Positions 38,477-50,300 of a stretch of 64,000 nucleotides of DNA are shown here, one piece after another. The notes beneath the pieces are model-generated. The model ran no database searches. It was not told where the DNA came from and worked only from the letters and a program-made list of their open reading frames with translations. The first letter of the stretch is position 1; every line of letters starts with the position of its first letter. Made by a program: the position numbers and the translations under genes. The stretch comes from an uncultured delta proteobacterium (GTDB taxonomy: Bacteria > Desulfobacterota > Desulfobacteria > Desulfobacterales > SG8-13), in NCBI GenBank assembly GCA_963848135.1, contig CAWKCK010000003.1, forward strand, positions 992,001 to 1,056,000, in the 5' to 3' direction.

Positions 38477-39310
38477 TCAAGGCCTTGAAGCCGCATCGTT
38501 CAATGTCCAGTCATATCGGGTGTCCGCGATACGATCGACCGATTCGAGCTTCTCCTGCAATCCGGGCCGGGCGTATTTTTTCAAATGGGCGATGACCCCG
38601 GCGTCATTGCCGCCAAAATCAACCTCGAACCAGTTGTAAATGCTGGAGACCGCCAATCGGCCACCCTCGATCCGGGCGCCCCGGTCATGATTGATGTATT
38701 CGCGCGCGCCCTTATCGAGCAGATCATCCGTGTTATCGCGCGTGTATGCCATCGGTTGAAGGTTTGGGCAACCGATGGAGGCACAATTAACGCCGTAGTG
38801 GATCCGGGGATCTTTCCATATCGGACGCAGTATGCGGTGCTCAATATCATCGAGGGAGATTTTCTGACTTTCGACGCTGATAAGTTGTTTGCCCCAGGGG
38901 CCATTCGAAAACAGACCCGGTGAAATGTCAATGTCTCGGATACTTTTTACCGGATAGTGATCTATGATTATCTTCACCGTCACTGCGTTGTAAAGGTTAA
39001 TCCAGAAGGGTTTTTGCTCGAACCGGTGAAGTCGACTGACCGGCGTCTGTTCCAGTTTTCGGATGTATTCTTCAAGTTTGGCCCTGTCGGCCGGCGATAC
39101 CTGGCCGTAACGAACCCGGTTTATTCCCCCGTTCTCCGTGAGCAAATAGGATTTCAGGAATTGATCCCAGGCGGAATGATCCGGGCGAATTTTAGAAGAA
39201 GGGTCATTCTGCAGCCAGTATTCCCAAAGGTCAGGCTTGGCTGCGGCCAGAGCCGCAGAACATAACAGCAAAAGGCCGATTGTCAGAATGGTAGTTTTAC
39301 GAAGCGCCAT
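38477..39310 (-). CDS. DUF547 domain exported protein
   Basis: FWINLYNA, SLDDIEH, DPRIHYGVNCASIGCP, SSIYNWF..DF, YDWTLN. Start at MALRK behind a GGAGG RBS. Confidence 0.9.
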   Translation of the reverse strand: MALRKTTILTIGLLLLCSAALAAAKPDLWEYWLQNDPSSKIRPDHSAWDQFLKSYLLTENGGINRVRYGQVSPADRAKLEEYIRKLEQTPVSRLHRFEQKPFWINLYNAVTVKIIIDHYPVKSIRDIDISPGLFSNGPWGKQLISVESQKISLDDIEHRILRPIWKDPRIHYGVNCASIGCPNLQPMAYTRDNTDDLLDKGAREYINHDRGARIEGGRLAVSSIYNWFEVDFGGNDAGVIAHLKKYARPGLQEKLESVDRIADTRYDWTLNDAASRP

Positions 39311-39798
39311 TTGGGTCCTCCTTTTTTTGCCATATTCAACTGAGTATGTAGGATTTAGGTTAATAGGCGCGGATACGCCGCGAATGTCTTTGCGCCTGAC
39401 CCGTGTGCCATGTAGATGAAGTTTTACCATGAGTGGAAAATCCGGGTTGATCATGATGCCGTCCATTCCGTCCGCCATGTCGCCCTGTAATCCGGAGACA
39501 GCGATGTAAGGCACCCGGAAGAACTGGAAAATTATGTATTCTGCTCTTGAGAGGTCGTCGCAATAACTTCCCCATGCCTTACAGCGATGGCAACTAATTT
39601 TCGGAAGAGCCGGAGAGCTCGGTTCTCTCTGGATATCTTTGGCGGAATGGATGCTCCGCAGTGAATCCAGACAGCTGCTGATGACGGTAGGGTTGAGTTT
39701 TGTTTTTACGACATGGATGGGCCTTGCAATTCCCCTTTCATATCAATTTCCCGTACCCTCACCTAACTACGAATCCGGTTGGCAGTGTTTGCCATATG

Positions 39799-40488
39799 CT
39801 ATGACAGCTGGAAGGCTTCTCCATTCTGATATATTTCCAGGCCCGAGGTCCGGTAAATAGTGGCGGCGCCTTTACCATAAACGGTCCAGGAGCCGCGGCG
39901 TCCGTCATTCAAAATTGCGGTCTTCTCATCGACGCCGATCAACAAGAGCGCCGGCATCAGGGATTTTAGCTCCGGGGCCCAGGTCTGCCCGAAGGTGTCG
40001 TGGTGCGGCAGGAAACATGTGCCGGGTAGAAGGTCCAACCCCTTGAAGACTTTTCCGACAGAAGGAATGTAATAGTGACCACAGAGCACCATGGCACCAG
40101 CACTTGAACCGGCAACGACCGCACCCCTTTGGTAGGCTTCCAGAATCCCTTTCCAACCCCGGCTGCCGGCCAGGCTTTTCTCCAATTGGCGGGCAAAGCC
40201 GCCCAGAAGATAGATGAGGCTGGAGCGTCGGATATCGGCGACGACATCAGGCTCATCCGCCGAGGCACGGTCGATCAGCGGTAGCACCCTCACATCGCTT
40301 ACTCCCAATTTTTGGAACCACAGCGTGCCATTGTTACCGGCACGCCTGTGGTTGTTATCCGGTGCCGCCGCTGCGGGAATGATACTAACACGGGTCTCTG
40401 CCCCCCCGGCCAAATCAATCGCGCGACGGTCGGGTATCTGCATGCGTCCGCTGAACTCGGCGCCTCCAGCGAGTAAGATGTACCCCAT
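39799..40488 (-). CDS. Peptidase S51 / cyanophycinase-like protein (type 1 GATase-like fold)
   Basis: LAGGAE, IIPAA, GSSAGA nucleophile elbow, PHH, GVDEKTA. Confidence 0.85.
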   Translation of the reverse strand: MGYILLAGGAEFSGRMQIPDRRAIDLAGGAETRVSIIPAAAAPDNNHRRAGNNGTLWFQKLGVSDVRVLPLIDRASADEPDVVADIRRSSLIYLLGGFARQLEKSLAGSRGWKGILEAYQRGAVVAGSSAGAMVLCGHYYIPSVGKVFKGLDLLPGTCFLPHHDTFGQTWAPELKSLMPALLLIGVDEKTAILNDGRRGSWTVYGKGAATIYRTSGLEIYQNGEAFQLS

Positions 40489-40649
40489 TGCTATCGTATC
40501 CTTTCTATATCTTCGGTTAGCATCGAGCGGCAATTAGGTGCTCGGTTGACAAAAATAAAGACGCGACTATTATAAACTGGAATCTAAGCACCAAAATTTG
40601 GAAAGGCTCTATTTCAATTTAACCCTTTAAATGAGAAGGAGGAATCCCC

Positions 40650-41069
40650 ATGAGCATGATGAAAGAATTTAAAGAGTTTGCGATAAAGGGCAACGCAATG
40701 GACATGGCTGTCGGCATCATTATCGGCGCCGCATTCGGTAAAATTGTCAGTTCTCTTGTCAGTGACGTGATCATGCCGCCGATCGGAAAGTTGATGGGAA
40801 ATGTCGATTTCACCAGCCTTTTTATAAATCTGGGACCGACTGCCTACGAGACCCTGGCGGAAGCCCAGAAAGCCGGTGCACCGACGCTGAACTACGGAAA
40901 CTTTTTTCAAATGGTAGTGGATTTTCTCATCGTTGCCGGGGCGGTCTTCATGCTGGTGAAGGGTATCAACTCGATGAAGAAAAAGGAAGAAGAAAAACCC
41001 GCAGAACCACCCGAACCCAGTGAAGAAGTTTTGCTTCTCCGGGATATCCGCGATGCGATGAATAAGTAA
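40650..41069 (+). CDS. mscL: Large-conductance mechanosensitive channel
   Basis: [52 protein letters not shown]. Confidence 0.97.
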   Translation: MSMMKEFKEFAIKGNAMDMAVGIIIGAAFGKIVSSLVSDVIMPPIGKLMGNVDFTSLFINLGPTAYETLAEAQKAGAPTLNYGNFFQMVVDFLIVAGAVFMLVKGINSMKKKEEEKPAEPPEPSEEVLLLRDIRDAMNK

Positions 41070-41392
41070 CGGTCAGCCTTATTCCAGGGCCAAGAGCCCG
41101 TTGGCCAGTCGATGGGAATCATCGACTGTAGCAACGGGTTTTTCGCTAATAGCGCGTATGAAAATACCCAGCCACTTATTCGTGCGCGGCGTTGATCCCG
41201 CTGCCAGGGTTTAGGCGAATGAGCTCAAACACAGAAAAACGCCGAAAAAGTGAGTTGCCGCATGCCGCAGGATTGTGGTAGAAATCTTCGAATCCTCTAA
41301 TGTATAAATATATATATTTTCGTTGACTGGTCGTTCCTGTGCATGAATTGAATTTATTAATTACCGAATGCCCTTCGGCGCTATAATTTACG

Positions 41393-42724
41393 GTGGCACA
41401 CCGAGAGCTTGATTATTCTAAACCTTTCGGCACGTTGGAAATGAATTTGGTGGACAGCTTGAAAAAACAGCGCTACATTCCCTTCCGCAAGACCGACGTA
41501 ATCGAAATGTGTCTGCGCCACGATCGCTTGCCGGAGTCCCAGCAGCCGGCATTCCGTGATTTCTGCCGGGTCCTCGAAGCGTTGCTGCATTATGAATTTC
41601 ATCGTGTCCTCGAAAATCTTAAAACCTGCTATGCGCCTTTCAACCCCGATGCGGACACCCTTCCCATAGAGTCGTTATCGCAAGATGAGCGCCAGGGCTT
41701 GCAGAAGGAACTGGGCCGTCAACTGACGGATCTCCTCGATGCCGCCAATTTTGAGCCGATCACCGCAGAAGGGCTGAAAGAATCCATGGCAGCGGAGTCT
41801 TTGTTTAAAATTCGGCTGGCGGTTGATTTTACGGATTTCGAGGATATTCTTTTCTTCCGGCGAGGCGAACATTTTCGCACCGAGACCCTGGTCAGTTTTT
41901 TCGGTCTCAAGAAAAAAACCATTCGGTTCGTGAATTACGATCGTGTTTTGGTTTACATCCGGTTCAAGGATCAGGACTATTTCGATACCAGAGACCGCAC
42001 CGATCTCTTCTTCAAGCCGGGGTCAACCATGATCAAGCTCTTTCACAGTGTACCCCAGGCCGACCTGGAGATGCTGTTTCCCAACAGCGAAATCCGCATG
42101 AAGACTGTCGACAAATTGATTATCGGTGTTCCCGCAGCTATCAGCGGCATCATCCTCGTCTCCAAACTGGGGGCGTCTCTTTTGTTGGTTGCCGCACTCT
42201 TCTCCTTCTGGCTTGGTTTTCGAGAACACCCAGTGGACATTAATCAGCAGCACATTGTTGCCTTGGGTATCGGGCTCGGCGCCCTTGGTGGATATCTTTT
42301 TAAGCAAATCAGTAAATTCAAAAACCGGAAAATCCGTTTCATGAAAGCCTTGACCGAAAGTCTTTATTTCAAAAACTTGGACAACAATGCCGGCGTATTT
42401 CACCACTTGGTCGATGCGGCCGAGGAAGAAGAATTCAAAGAGACCTTGCTGGCGTATTATTTTCTTCTGATTGCCGGAAATAGTTTGACCCGTCAGGAGT
42501 TGGATCAAGCCATAGAGGGCTGGCTGGTAGAAAATTGGAACTGTCGGATCGATTTTGAGGTCGGTGATGCGTTGAACAAACTGAAGCGTTTCGGCCTTGT
42601 TAACACACAATCGGATCGATTGGTGTGTCTGCCCCTCGACGAGGCCCGAAAGCGCCTGGACGAAATCTGGGACAATTTCTTTGATTTCAGTCCCCAAGCG
42701 CAAGTTGCGCCTTCATCGCATTGA
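41393..42724 (+). CDS. TMEM143/DUF3754-family membrane protein
   Basis: YIPFRK, YAPFNPD, KLF.SVP.ADLEMLFP, two TM helices, LYFKNLDNNAGV, AEEEEFKE..LAY, DFEV.DAL.KL. Confidence 0.85.
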   Translation: MAHRELDYSKPFGTLEMNLVDSLKKQRYIPFRKTDVIEMCLRHDRLPESQQPAFRDFCRVLEALLHYEFHRVLENLKTCYAPFNPDADTLPIESLSQDERQGLQKELGRQLTDLLDAANFEPITAEGLKESMAAESLFKIRLAVDFTDFEDILFFRRGEHFRTETLVSFFGLKKKTIRFVNYDRVLVYIRFKDQDYFDTRDRTDLFFKPGSTMIKLFHSVPQADLEMLFPNSEIRMKTVDKLIIGVPAAISGIILVSKLGASLLLVAALFSFWLGFREHPVDINQQHIVALGIGLGALGGYLFKQISKFKNRKIRFMKALTESLYFKNLDNNAGVFHHLVDAAEEEEFKETLLAYYFLLIAGNSLTRQELDQAIEGWLVENWNCRIDFEVGDALNKLKRFGLVNTQSDRLVCLPLDEARKRLDEIWDNFFDFSPQAQVAPSSH

Positions 42725-42828
42725 GCAAACGACGTTGCCCCTTTTGATCCTACCGTGAATCGGAATTATTATATACCGCTAGCATTCACAGCCGTTCAAA
42801 CGGAGTAAAATTACACCGGAGGCTCGCC

Positions 42829-45282
42829 ATGAAAAATTACGAAAAACTCGGCGTTTTTTACTTAGGCAAGGTCTTCGATCTTGCTTCGCGTACCCGGAAA
42901 GAGGAGATGACGCTCTATGATTCCAAGGATCTTTTGACCCATGCCGTTATCATCGGTATGACCGGTAGCGGCAAGACCGGACTCGGGATTGGTATGATAG
43001 AAGAGGCCCTTATAGATAATATTCCGGTCATCGCGATTGATCCCAAGGGCGATCTACCCAATCTGCTTCTCGGTTTTCCCCGGCTGCACCCTGAGGACTT
43101 TCGCCCCTGGATACAACCCGGTGATGCGGCTCGCCAAGGGCTCAGTCTTGACAAGTATGCTGAAAAAACGGCTTCTTTATGGCAAAAAGGACTGGCGGAG
43201 TGGGATCAGGACCCGGAACGGATCGCGCACTTGCACGCGGCAGCTGAAATGGCCGTATTCACGCCAGGCAGCAGCGCGGGATTGCCGGTCAATGTGCTGC
43301 GAAGTTTTGCCCCACCACCGATGGAGGTGCGCACGGATATCGATCTTTTCCGGGAGCGGATTCAATCGACAGCGACCGCACTTCTGACGCTGATGGGGAT
43401 CGAGGCCGACCCGATCAGTAGCCGCGAGCACATTCTAATTTCAAACATTTTCGAGCAGTGCTGGAGTGCGGGTGACGGGCTGGACCTGGCTGGACTCATC
43501 CGCGCCATTCAGCAGCCGCCCCTGGAACGTATCGGCGTGATGGATCTGGAATCCTTTTATCCTTCTAAAGAACGTTTCCAGTTGGCTCTGCGCCTGAATA
43601 GCCTGTTGGCCGCCCCGGGCTTCGAAGCCTGGTTAACCGGTGAACAGCTGGATATCGGGCGGATGCTCTATACGGCCACGGGCAAGCCGAGGGCACTCAT
43701 ATTTTCTATCAACCACCTGTCCGAATCCGAGCGGATGTTCTTCACAGCATTGCTTCTCAATGAAATCCTTGCCTGGATGCGGACCCAGGCGGGAACCTCC
43801 AGCCTGCGCACGATGCTGTATATGGACGAAATTTACGGGTACTTCCCTCCGGTAAAGAACCCACCGGCCAAGGCGCCCTTGCTGACTCTTTTAAAACAGG
43901 CCCGGGCTTACGGACTCGGGGTGGTTCTTTCCACCCAGAATCCAGTTGATCTTGATTACAAGGGACTTTCAAACACCGGCACCTGGTTTATCGGAAGGTT
44001 ACAGACGGAAAACGACAAAGAGCGCGTAATGGCCGGACTCGAAGGTGCGGCGGCCGGTTCGGGTTTCGATCGGCGACGCATGAGCGAGACCCTTTCAGGC
44101 CTTGGCAAGAGGGTATTTCTGCTACACAACGTGCACGATAGTGAACCCATTGTTTTCGAAACCCGCTGGGTATTGTCCTATCTCGCGGGACCGATGACGC
44201 GCGAGCAAATCAAACGGCTCACTGGGGGTATGACCGCCGCACCCTTATCGGTATCGCCGGAGAGTTCTGCCGCATCGATTGTCAAATCATCCATCGGTCC
44301 GATGCACCTTTCCCCGGCGAAAACGTCTCCAGAGTCGTCGGCTGCACCGGTCCATCCACCGGATCTGACGGTCTATTATCTACCGGCCTCCGGTGCCGGC
44401 CAGGGGGTGACTTACGTTCCGGCTGTGGGTGGATGGGCGACGGTTCATTACAGCAGCCGGCGCTACAATGTCGACCAGAGTGAGAATTTTGCGATGGCGA
44501 CGCCGCTTGAGAGCGGACCGGTACCGGTTGACTGGGATCAAGCTGTGGAAATCGGGCTGGATCCTGCCGCAATCGATCGCGACCCGATTGCCGGTGCCGA
44601 GTATGCCGATCTACCGCCCATTGGCAAGAAGTCCAAAGCATATGACAAGTGGCGCAAAGATCTCACGCGATGGATTCGCCAGAGCCGGCCGCTGATCATT
44701 TATAAATCACCAAAGTTTAAAATGACCAGTTTCGCCGGTGAGGCCGAGGGTGTTTTCCGAGCGCGCCTGGCTTTGGCAGCCCGGGAACAGAGGGATGTGG
44801 AGATCGAGAAGCTGCGTCGTAAATATGCAAAGACCTATACCAGTCTCAATGACCGCCTGATGCGTGCCCAACAGGTTCTGGCGCGTGAGCAGGAACAGGC
44901 CAAAGCCAAAAAAATGGAAAGTGTGATATCCTTTGGGACCGCCATCCTCGGCGCGTTCCTCGGCCGCAAGGCGGTCAGTTCAGGTAGCGTAACCAGGATG
45001 GGCACGGCCGCTAAGTCGGCTGGTCGCTTGCGCAAAGAGCAGATGGATGTGGCCCGGGCCCAGGAGACCGTGGCCTCGGTGAACAGTCGACTATTCACGC
45101 TGGAAGAGCGCTTGCAAGTGGACATCGATGGGTTGGAAGCCACTTTCGATCCAGCCGTCGAGTCTCTGGATGAGGTGCGGGTGAACGCTCGAAACGCTGA
45201 CATCAGCATAGAGGTGTTCGGCTTGCTGTGGTTGCCTTACCGCAAGAATTCCGACGGACGCATGGCGCCAGACTGGCATTGA
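42829..45282 (+). CDS. HerA/FtsK-superfamily P-loop ATPase (DUF87/DUF853-like) with C-terminal coiled coil
   Basis: THAVIIGMTGSGKT (Walker A), IDPKGD, LYMDE (Walker B), KQARAYG, STQNP. Confidence 0.85.
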   Translation: MKNYEKLGVFYLGKVFDLASRTRKEEMTLYDSKDLLTHAVIIGMTGSGKTGLGIGMIEEALIDNIPVIAIDPKGDLPNLLLGFPRLHPEDFRPWIQPGDAARQGLSLDKYAEKTASLWQKGLAEWDQDPERIAHLHAAAEMAVFTPGSSAGLPVNVLRSFAPPPMEVRTDIDLFRERIQSTATALLTLMGIEADPISSREHILISNIFEQCWSAGDGLDLAGLIRAIQQPPLERIGVMDLESFYPSKERFQLALRLNSLLAAPGFEAWLTGEQLDIGRMLYTATGKPRALIFSINHLSESERMFFTALLLNEILAWMRTQAGTSSLRTMLYMDEIYGYFPPVKNPPAKAPLLTLLKQARAYGLGVVLSTQNPVDLDYKGLSNTGTWFIGRLQTENDKERVMAGLEGAAAGSGFDRRRMSETLSGLGKRVFLLHNVHDSEPIVFETRWVLSYLAGPMTREQIKRLTGGMTAAPLSVSPESSAASIVKSSIGPMHLSPAKTSPESSAAPVHPPDLTVYYLPASGAGQGVTYVPAVGGWATVHYSSRRYNVDQSENFAMATPLESGPVPVDWDQAVEIGLDPAAIDRDPIAGAEYADLPPIGKKSKAYDKWRKDLTRWIRQSRPLIIYKSPKFKMTSFAGEAEGVFRARLALAAREQRDVEIEKLRRKYAKTYTSLNDRLMRAQQVLAREQEQAKAKKMESVISFGTAILGAFLGRKAVSSGSVTRMGTAAKSAGRLRKEQMDVARAQETVASVNSRLFTLEERLQVDIDGLEATFDPAVESLDEVRVNARNADISIEVFGLLWLPYRKNSDGRMAPDWH

Positions 45283-45471
45283 GCCGCGGCTTCGGCACGG
45301 TTTCTTTTCAACGCCGTTGCTGCACTTGCGGATCAACGTGCGGTTGGTTCCGCCGGCCGTAAAATCCATCTGGGCCAGGAAATTTCGCTTTCGAGTTGAT
45401 CACTACCAAGCGTGGCGACCCTCTGAATCTGAACGGGGCGGTGACTTTTGGCAGCATAGGCAAGGGCGGAT

Positions 45472-46134
45472 TTACGTGGTCTTGCCCATGGCTTTGATGA
45501 ATCCGTCAGCTTCAGAGATGGCCGTTTGCATTTCGCGGACAAGGGCGGCGACATTGTTTTCGACAGAGACCAGCTCGGTTTGCAGGGAGGCAATGGCCCG
45601 GGCGTTCAGGTTGTGCTTAAGATAAAGGACTTGATCGCGGAATGCCGAAAGAACCGGATCGATTTTAGATTCGGCCCGGTGCATCGAACGGATGAGCCGG
45701 TCGTACTGCCGGCGGGTCTGGACAAGTTTCTGCTGGCTGGCGTTGCGCAATTTAACATTTGTGTATTGCTTCAACTCGGCTTCCCATTCGTCAAAAAGTG
45801 CATCACCCACGTCTTCAACGGCGCCAATCCGTTTTCTAACGGCTTCAGCGCTGGATTCGCAGCGTTCGTATTCCGAGTTGAGTTGTTCGTACTTTTCTTC
45901 CAGGTTACCACCATCAAAATTGACGACCTGGCTAAACTGCGCCAAAGCTGAATTGAATTGCTCGGCTGTTTTTTGATTTTCGTCACGCGCATCCTTAACC
46001 CGATTAACAAGTATTTCGCGTTTCTGGTAACCGAATTTTTCCATCGTGTTGTAATAGGCCGACTGGCAACCTCCGGCGGTGATGGTGGCCGCTGTGGCCG
46101 CAAATAGAAGACATCGAGCCGATACCTTGTGCAT
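45472..46134 (-). CDS. DUF2959-family lipoprotein
   Basis: AGGC lipobox, YYNTMEKFGYQKREILV.RV, LFDEW..EL, DQVLYLKHNLNA.AI. Confidence 0.88.
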   Translation of the reverse strand: MHKVSARCLLFAATAATITAGGCQSAYYNTMEKFGYQKREILVNRVKDARDENQKTAEQFNSALAQFSQVVNFDGGNLEEKYEQLNSEYERCESSAEAVRKRIGAVEDVGDALFDEWEAELKQYTNVKLRNASQQKLVQTRRQYDRLIRSMHRAESKIDPVLSAFRDQVLYLKHNLNARAIASLQTELVSVENNVAALVREMQTAISEADGFIKAMGKTT

Positions 46135-46156
46135 ATTTATTCTCCTTACCGGTTTT

Positions 46157-47314
46157 TTATTGCGACGATTCCTTTCGTGACTGAAGCATAACTTCTCCTA
46201 AACGTTTGGTCCCTTCGCGCAGGTTTTCACTGCTGTAGTAGACGAAACACAACCGGATAAAGTTATTGAGTCCTCCGCTGGCGGAAAAATTTTTGCCAGG
46301 CTGAAAATTGACCCAATGGGTTTTGGCCGCTTTGCGGAGGGTCTGTGCGTTCATACCTTCCGGCAACTGCATCCACATAAAGAAGCCGCCGCGGGGCTCT
46401 TTGAAGACCACCGAATCGGGAAGGTATTCGCGCATGGCTGCGACCAAATCGGTCGCCCGGTGACTGTAAACCGCGATCAAGCGCTCCAGATGGTGCTGCT
46501 GTAAACCGAGTTCAATCATGCTTTGCACGATGGCAGATGTGAAGGGGTTCATACCCCCGCCGCTTTTCAACAGAGCGCTCGCAGTCAATTGTCGGATCAC
46601 GTCCGGAGCGGCTTGAATCCAGCCCAGTCTCAGCCCGGGAGCCAGGATCTTGGCGAACGATCCCACGGATATGACCTTGCCGCTTCGGTTGAAGTCTGCC
46701 ATGGGCGGTGGGGGGGCATTTTGGGTATAAGAAAGCAGGTGGTATACTTCGTCGGCAATCACGTAAAATTTATATTTTTCGCTCAGCCGGTCAAGGCGTT
46801 CTCTGCGGGCTGCCGCCAGCGTGGCACCCGATGGGTTGTTAAAGGTGGGTACAATGTAAACAAAAGCGGGTGGGGTTTCAGTCAATTTTTCTTCCAGGGC
46901 ATCCATGTCCAGGCCGTAATCGTCTGTTGGCAATCCGACGACGTTGAGCCGACGATCGGCAAAAAGCCGCAGGGCCAGAAAATAGGTCGGTTCCTCCACA
47001 AAAACCGTGTCTCCAGGATTCGTGAGACAGGCGCAGATAAGGTCAATGCCCCCGGTGGCACCGGAGGTGATGAACAAATGCTCCGGATCAACCGTTGACC
47101 GGTATCCGTGGGTGAGAAAACGGGCCAGGTTGTCGCGGAAGTATCCATTGCCCTGCTCTGTACCATACTGCAGAAGAGATGGGTCCCCGCGACCCAACCG
47201 ATTTTCGGCCGCTTGCCTGAGATCAGCTATGGGTAGTAACGACGGATCCGGCTGGCCGACGCCGAGATCAATCATCCTGTCGGTTAGGTTGAGCTGGGTG
47301 ATTTGAAAGTTCAT
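46157..47314 (-). CDS. PLP-dependent aminotransferase class I/II (LysN/MocR-type)
   Basis: LQYG, EEPTY, FNNPSG, DEVY, SFAKILAPGLRLGW (PLP Lys), GGFFMW. Confidence 0.92.
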   Translation of the reverse strand: MNFQITQLNLTDRMIDLGVGQPDPSLLPIADLRQAAENRLGRGDPSLLQYGTEQGNGYFRDNLARFLTHGYRSTVDPEHLFITSGATGGIDLICACLTNPGDTVFVEEPTYFLALRLFADRRLNVVGLPTDDYGLDMDALEEKLTETPPAFVYIVPTFNNPSGATLAAARRERLDRLSEKYKFYVIADEVYHLLSYTQNAPPPPMADFNRSGKVISVGSFAKILAPGLRLGWIQAAPDVIRQLTASALLKSGGGMNPFTSAIVQSMIELGLQQHHLERLIAVYSHRATDLVAAMREYLPDSVVFKEPRGGFFMWMQLPEGMNAQTLRKAAKTHWVNFQPGKNFSASGGLNNFIRLCFVYYSSENLREGTKRLGEVMLQSRKESSQ

Positions 47315-47362
47315 TACATCGTCCTTATTTCAGCATGGTGAATCTGATCTTTGAAGATGATT

Positions 47363-50300
47363 TTATTGTTTTCGTAATTGCTTGATACGGTCCAGAGCCA
47401 GTTGGTACTCTGGAAATTCGTCCATGTAGGACGCCAGTGCTTCCCGGTAATGGGCGATCGCCAGATTGGGGTCGCCGCCACCCTCGGCCCAGAGGCCCAG
47501 GGCTGTGTTTGCCGTCAAAATATATGCCGGTTCGGAAGCCGCTTCGGTTACCAGGCTCTTAACGGAAGACATTCCCGCCAGACACTGCGCAATGGCAAGA
47601 TACCATGAATCCACGGTTCGATCGACATATATGTTGAGCCGCGCCGCCGATTCTTCTTTCTGCCCGAGCATGCGCAATACAATCGGTTCCAATAATCCGA
47701 TACTTAGTCGCCCACGGCTTTCATGACTCGGAACCTGAAGATATACACTGATGCGTTCAAGAGCGCTTTGCCACGCGCCGGTCATTGAATCGATAAAAAT
47801 CAATGCGGCGAGGATTTCGCTGTCATTCGGTTCGATCAGATACATCTGGGCCAGAACATTGCGACGGTCTTCCAGCTTGATATCAGGGTGCGCCAGTCTC
47901 CCGGAAAGGGTTGTCAACTTCTTGTGTTTTTCTTTTACTTTTTGGCGCTCATTTTGGATTTCGTGTTCGATGGCCGCGACTTTCGCTTGGTACTTCTCGC
48001 GCTCGTTTGGTTCCTCAAATCGAGCGAACCGCTGTTCCTGGACCCTTTGCAATTCTGACAGAGACAAATATAAGATCCAGTCATCTGTGTCCGCCAGGCG
48101 GACCGCGTTTCGAAACAGATTCTCAGCGGCGGCGAGCTGCAAGCGGGCAAGACGTTTCAGGCCTATCGTGTAGTACAGCCAGCTTTTCTTTGCCGCACTC
48201 GCGCCGCCTTCTAATGCCTTTTCTTCGTCGACTTCGCCCACAAAGGTTCTTGCCAGATGTCCGTAGAATTCATAAGGAGAGCGCCAATCAAGGTTAAGGA
48301 ATTCAACGAAATCGGTATTTGGGTATGAGCGGCCGCTTAACCAATCAATGATAAACAACATCAACCGCGCAGTGCCATTTTCGGGGTCTATTGAAACAGC
48401 CCGATCAAAAAGAGCTGCAGCGCCCTGTCGATCACCGCTGCAAAAATGCATCATTGCCGCTGCCATGATCAGCAAGGGATTTGAACTGCTTTTCAGCCCT
48501 TGGTCGGCCAAGGTTTGGGCCGCTGCCCATCTTTTCTGAGTTGCCAGAATTTTTACCTGCTCAATTCTTTTGTCGACGGATAAATCTAAGATACCGTTCC
48601 ATTTGGCTCTTCCGGCCTTTATTTCCTTTAAAAAGGATACGGCTTTACCGATCGGCAGGACCATTCCCATGTCCGAAAGGGGCGTTGCGACCGGTATGGA
48701 AGATGCCGCCCAGTCAACAGCGACACTCGAGGCGATGCCAATGACCTTACCATTGATGTCTATGATCGGGCCGCCGCTGTTACCGCGGTAAAGCGAGGTA
48801 TCAACCTGTAAAAAATTTTCGAAGGCGCGTCGAACATGCCCCGTTGTCACACTGACGTTTACATTCACCTCCTGGGTTCGGCTGCCGAGAGGGAAACCCA
48901 AGGTGAGCACCGGCAGCAGTTTGGGGATCAGCAGGGGATCCATCCGGTGGTCGAGTGGCAGCGGGTTCAGACCTTCGGGAACCGGTTGGAGTATTAGAAC
49001 CCCAAAATCGTCTCCCAGGGGGGACCTTATCTGCTGCCGGGACGTTTCAGGCGCTTTGCCGACGCCCAAGATGGTGACCCGGCGTTCTCCGGTGGTGCTA
49101 AAGGCATTTTCCAGAAAGTAGATATCCTCCAGATCCTCCACCTCCGATAGCTTCGGAAGACGTTTGAACGCCCGCTGACCCTCGAACCAGACATACATCC
49201 GATATTGAAATTGAACCGGCATTTCTTGCTGGCGTAAGTTGGCAATCAGGTTGAAAAGCGTGGCGTCTTCCAACCAGGGGCAGGCGACATGGCGATTGGT
49301 GAGCATGTATCCTTCTCTATCGACCAGAAACGCGGTCCCTTCAATTCTGCGCCTGTAATAGGTTTCACCGTTATTTACCAACCGGTACTCTACGAGAACG
49401 AAGGCCACCGATGGGGCATACTGATTGGCATAGTCCAACAATGCGGCTTCACCGTCCTTTTGCTTTAAGGCCACATACAACCAGATAATGAGACCGACAG
49501 CTGTCAGCAGAACGACCGAAACGACAAGGAACCGGATCCAGTGTTTGAGGCCACGAATTTCCTGCACCGGCAATGATGGGCCGGCACTTGTCATTGCCGA
49601 TCGGATATCCTTTTCCTTGATATGGGTGAGGGTGTCCGCAACCTGTGCCATTGAACGGGGCCGCAAATCCGGATCATCCGCCAGCATCAATTTCAGCAGG
49701 ACTTCCGCCTCGCGTGGTAGCGACAGGTTTTCTATCATTTCCGAGTAGTCTTTGCCTTCAAGGTCTGCCGTGAGAAGCTCGACGAAGATTTTACCCAGAG
49801 ACCAGATGTCGCTGCGGGCATTGAGGGGGCGATTGTTGATAATGTCGGGGTGATGTTTAAGCAGATTTTCCAACATGGGACCTGGTCGATCCATTTTCGG
49901 GTCGAGGAATCGAGAAAGTTTATAGTCGATTTTAATCTGGAGATCTTCACCCGGTTTCCGGTAGGGGATAATGTCATGCAAAATAAGATGCGGGATAATG
50001 TGGCCGATTCGGTGCAAACCTTCAAGGATCGATGCAATGCGCGCAAAGAGGCGTAATGCAGCCCGATAGTCTTTAAAGAATCCTTCGGATATCAGGTCGC
50101 TCCAGGGCTCTGCCTCAATCCATTCGCTGACCCTGTACCACAATCCATCAGCAGAATGACGAATTTCGAAATGGCGCACGAAATAGTCTTTGGGGAGTTT
50201 TTTGAGTTCTTCCAGTTCCTTTTTGAGACGAACGGCGAGCGCGGCATCGATGCCGGCGGAGGGCGTGAAAATGCGGATCATGACCGTCTCTGCGGTGCCT

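Noticed and set aside
39311..39514. 68-aa N-terminal extension of the DUF547 ORF in the ORF track
   Set aside because: A GGAGG RBS and a signal peptide begin at ATG 39310, so the extension is probably non-coding.
42829..45282. HerA-like ATPase as an anti-phage defence system (Sir2-HerA or NurA-HerA)
   Set aside because: No nuclease, sirtuin or other defence gene is adjacent, and the context is not island-like.
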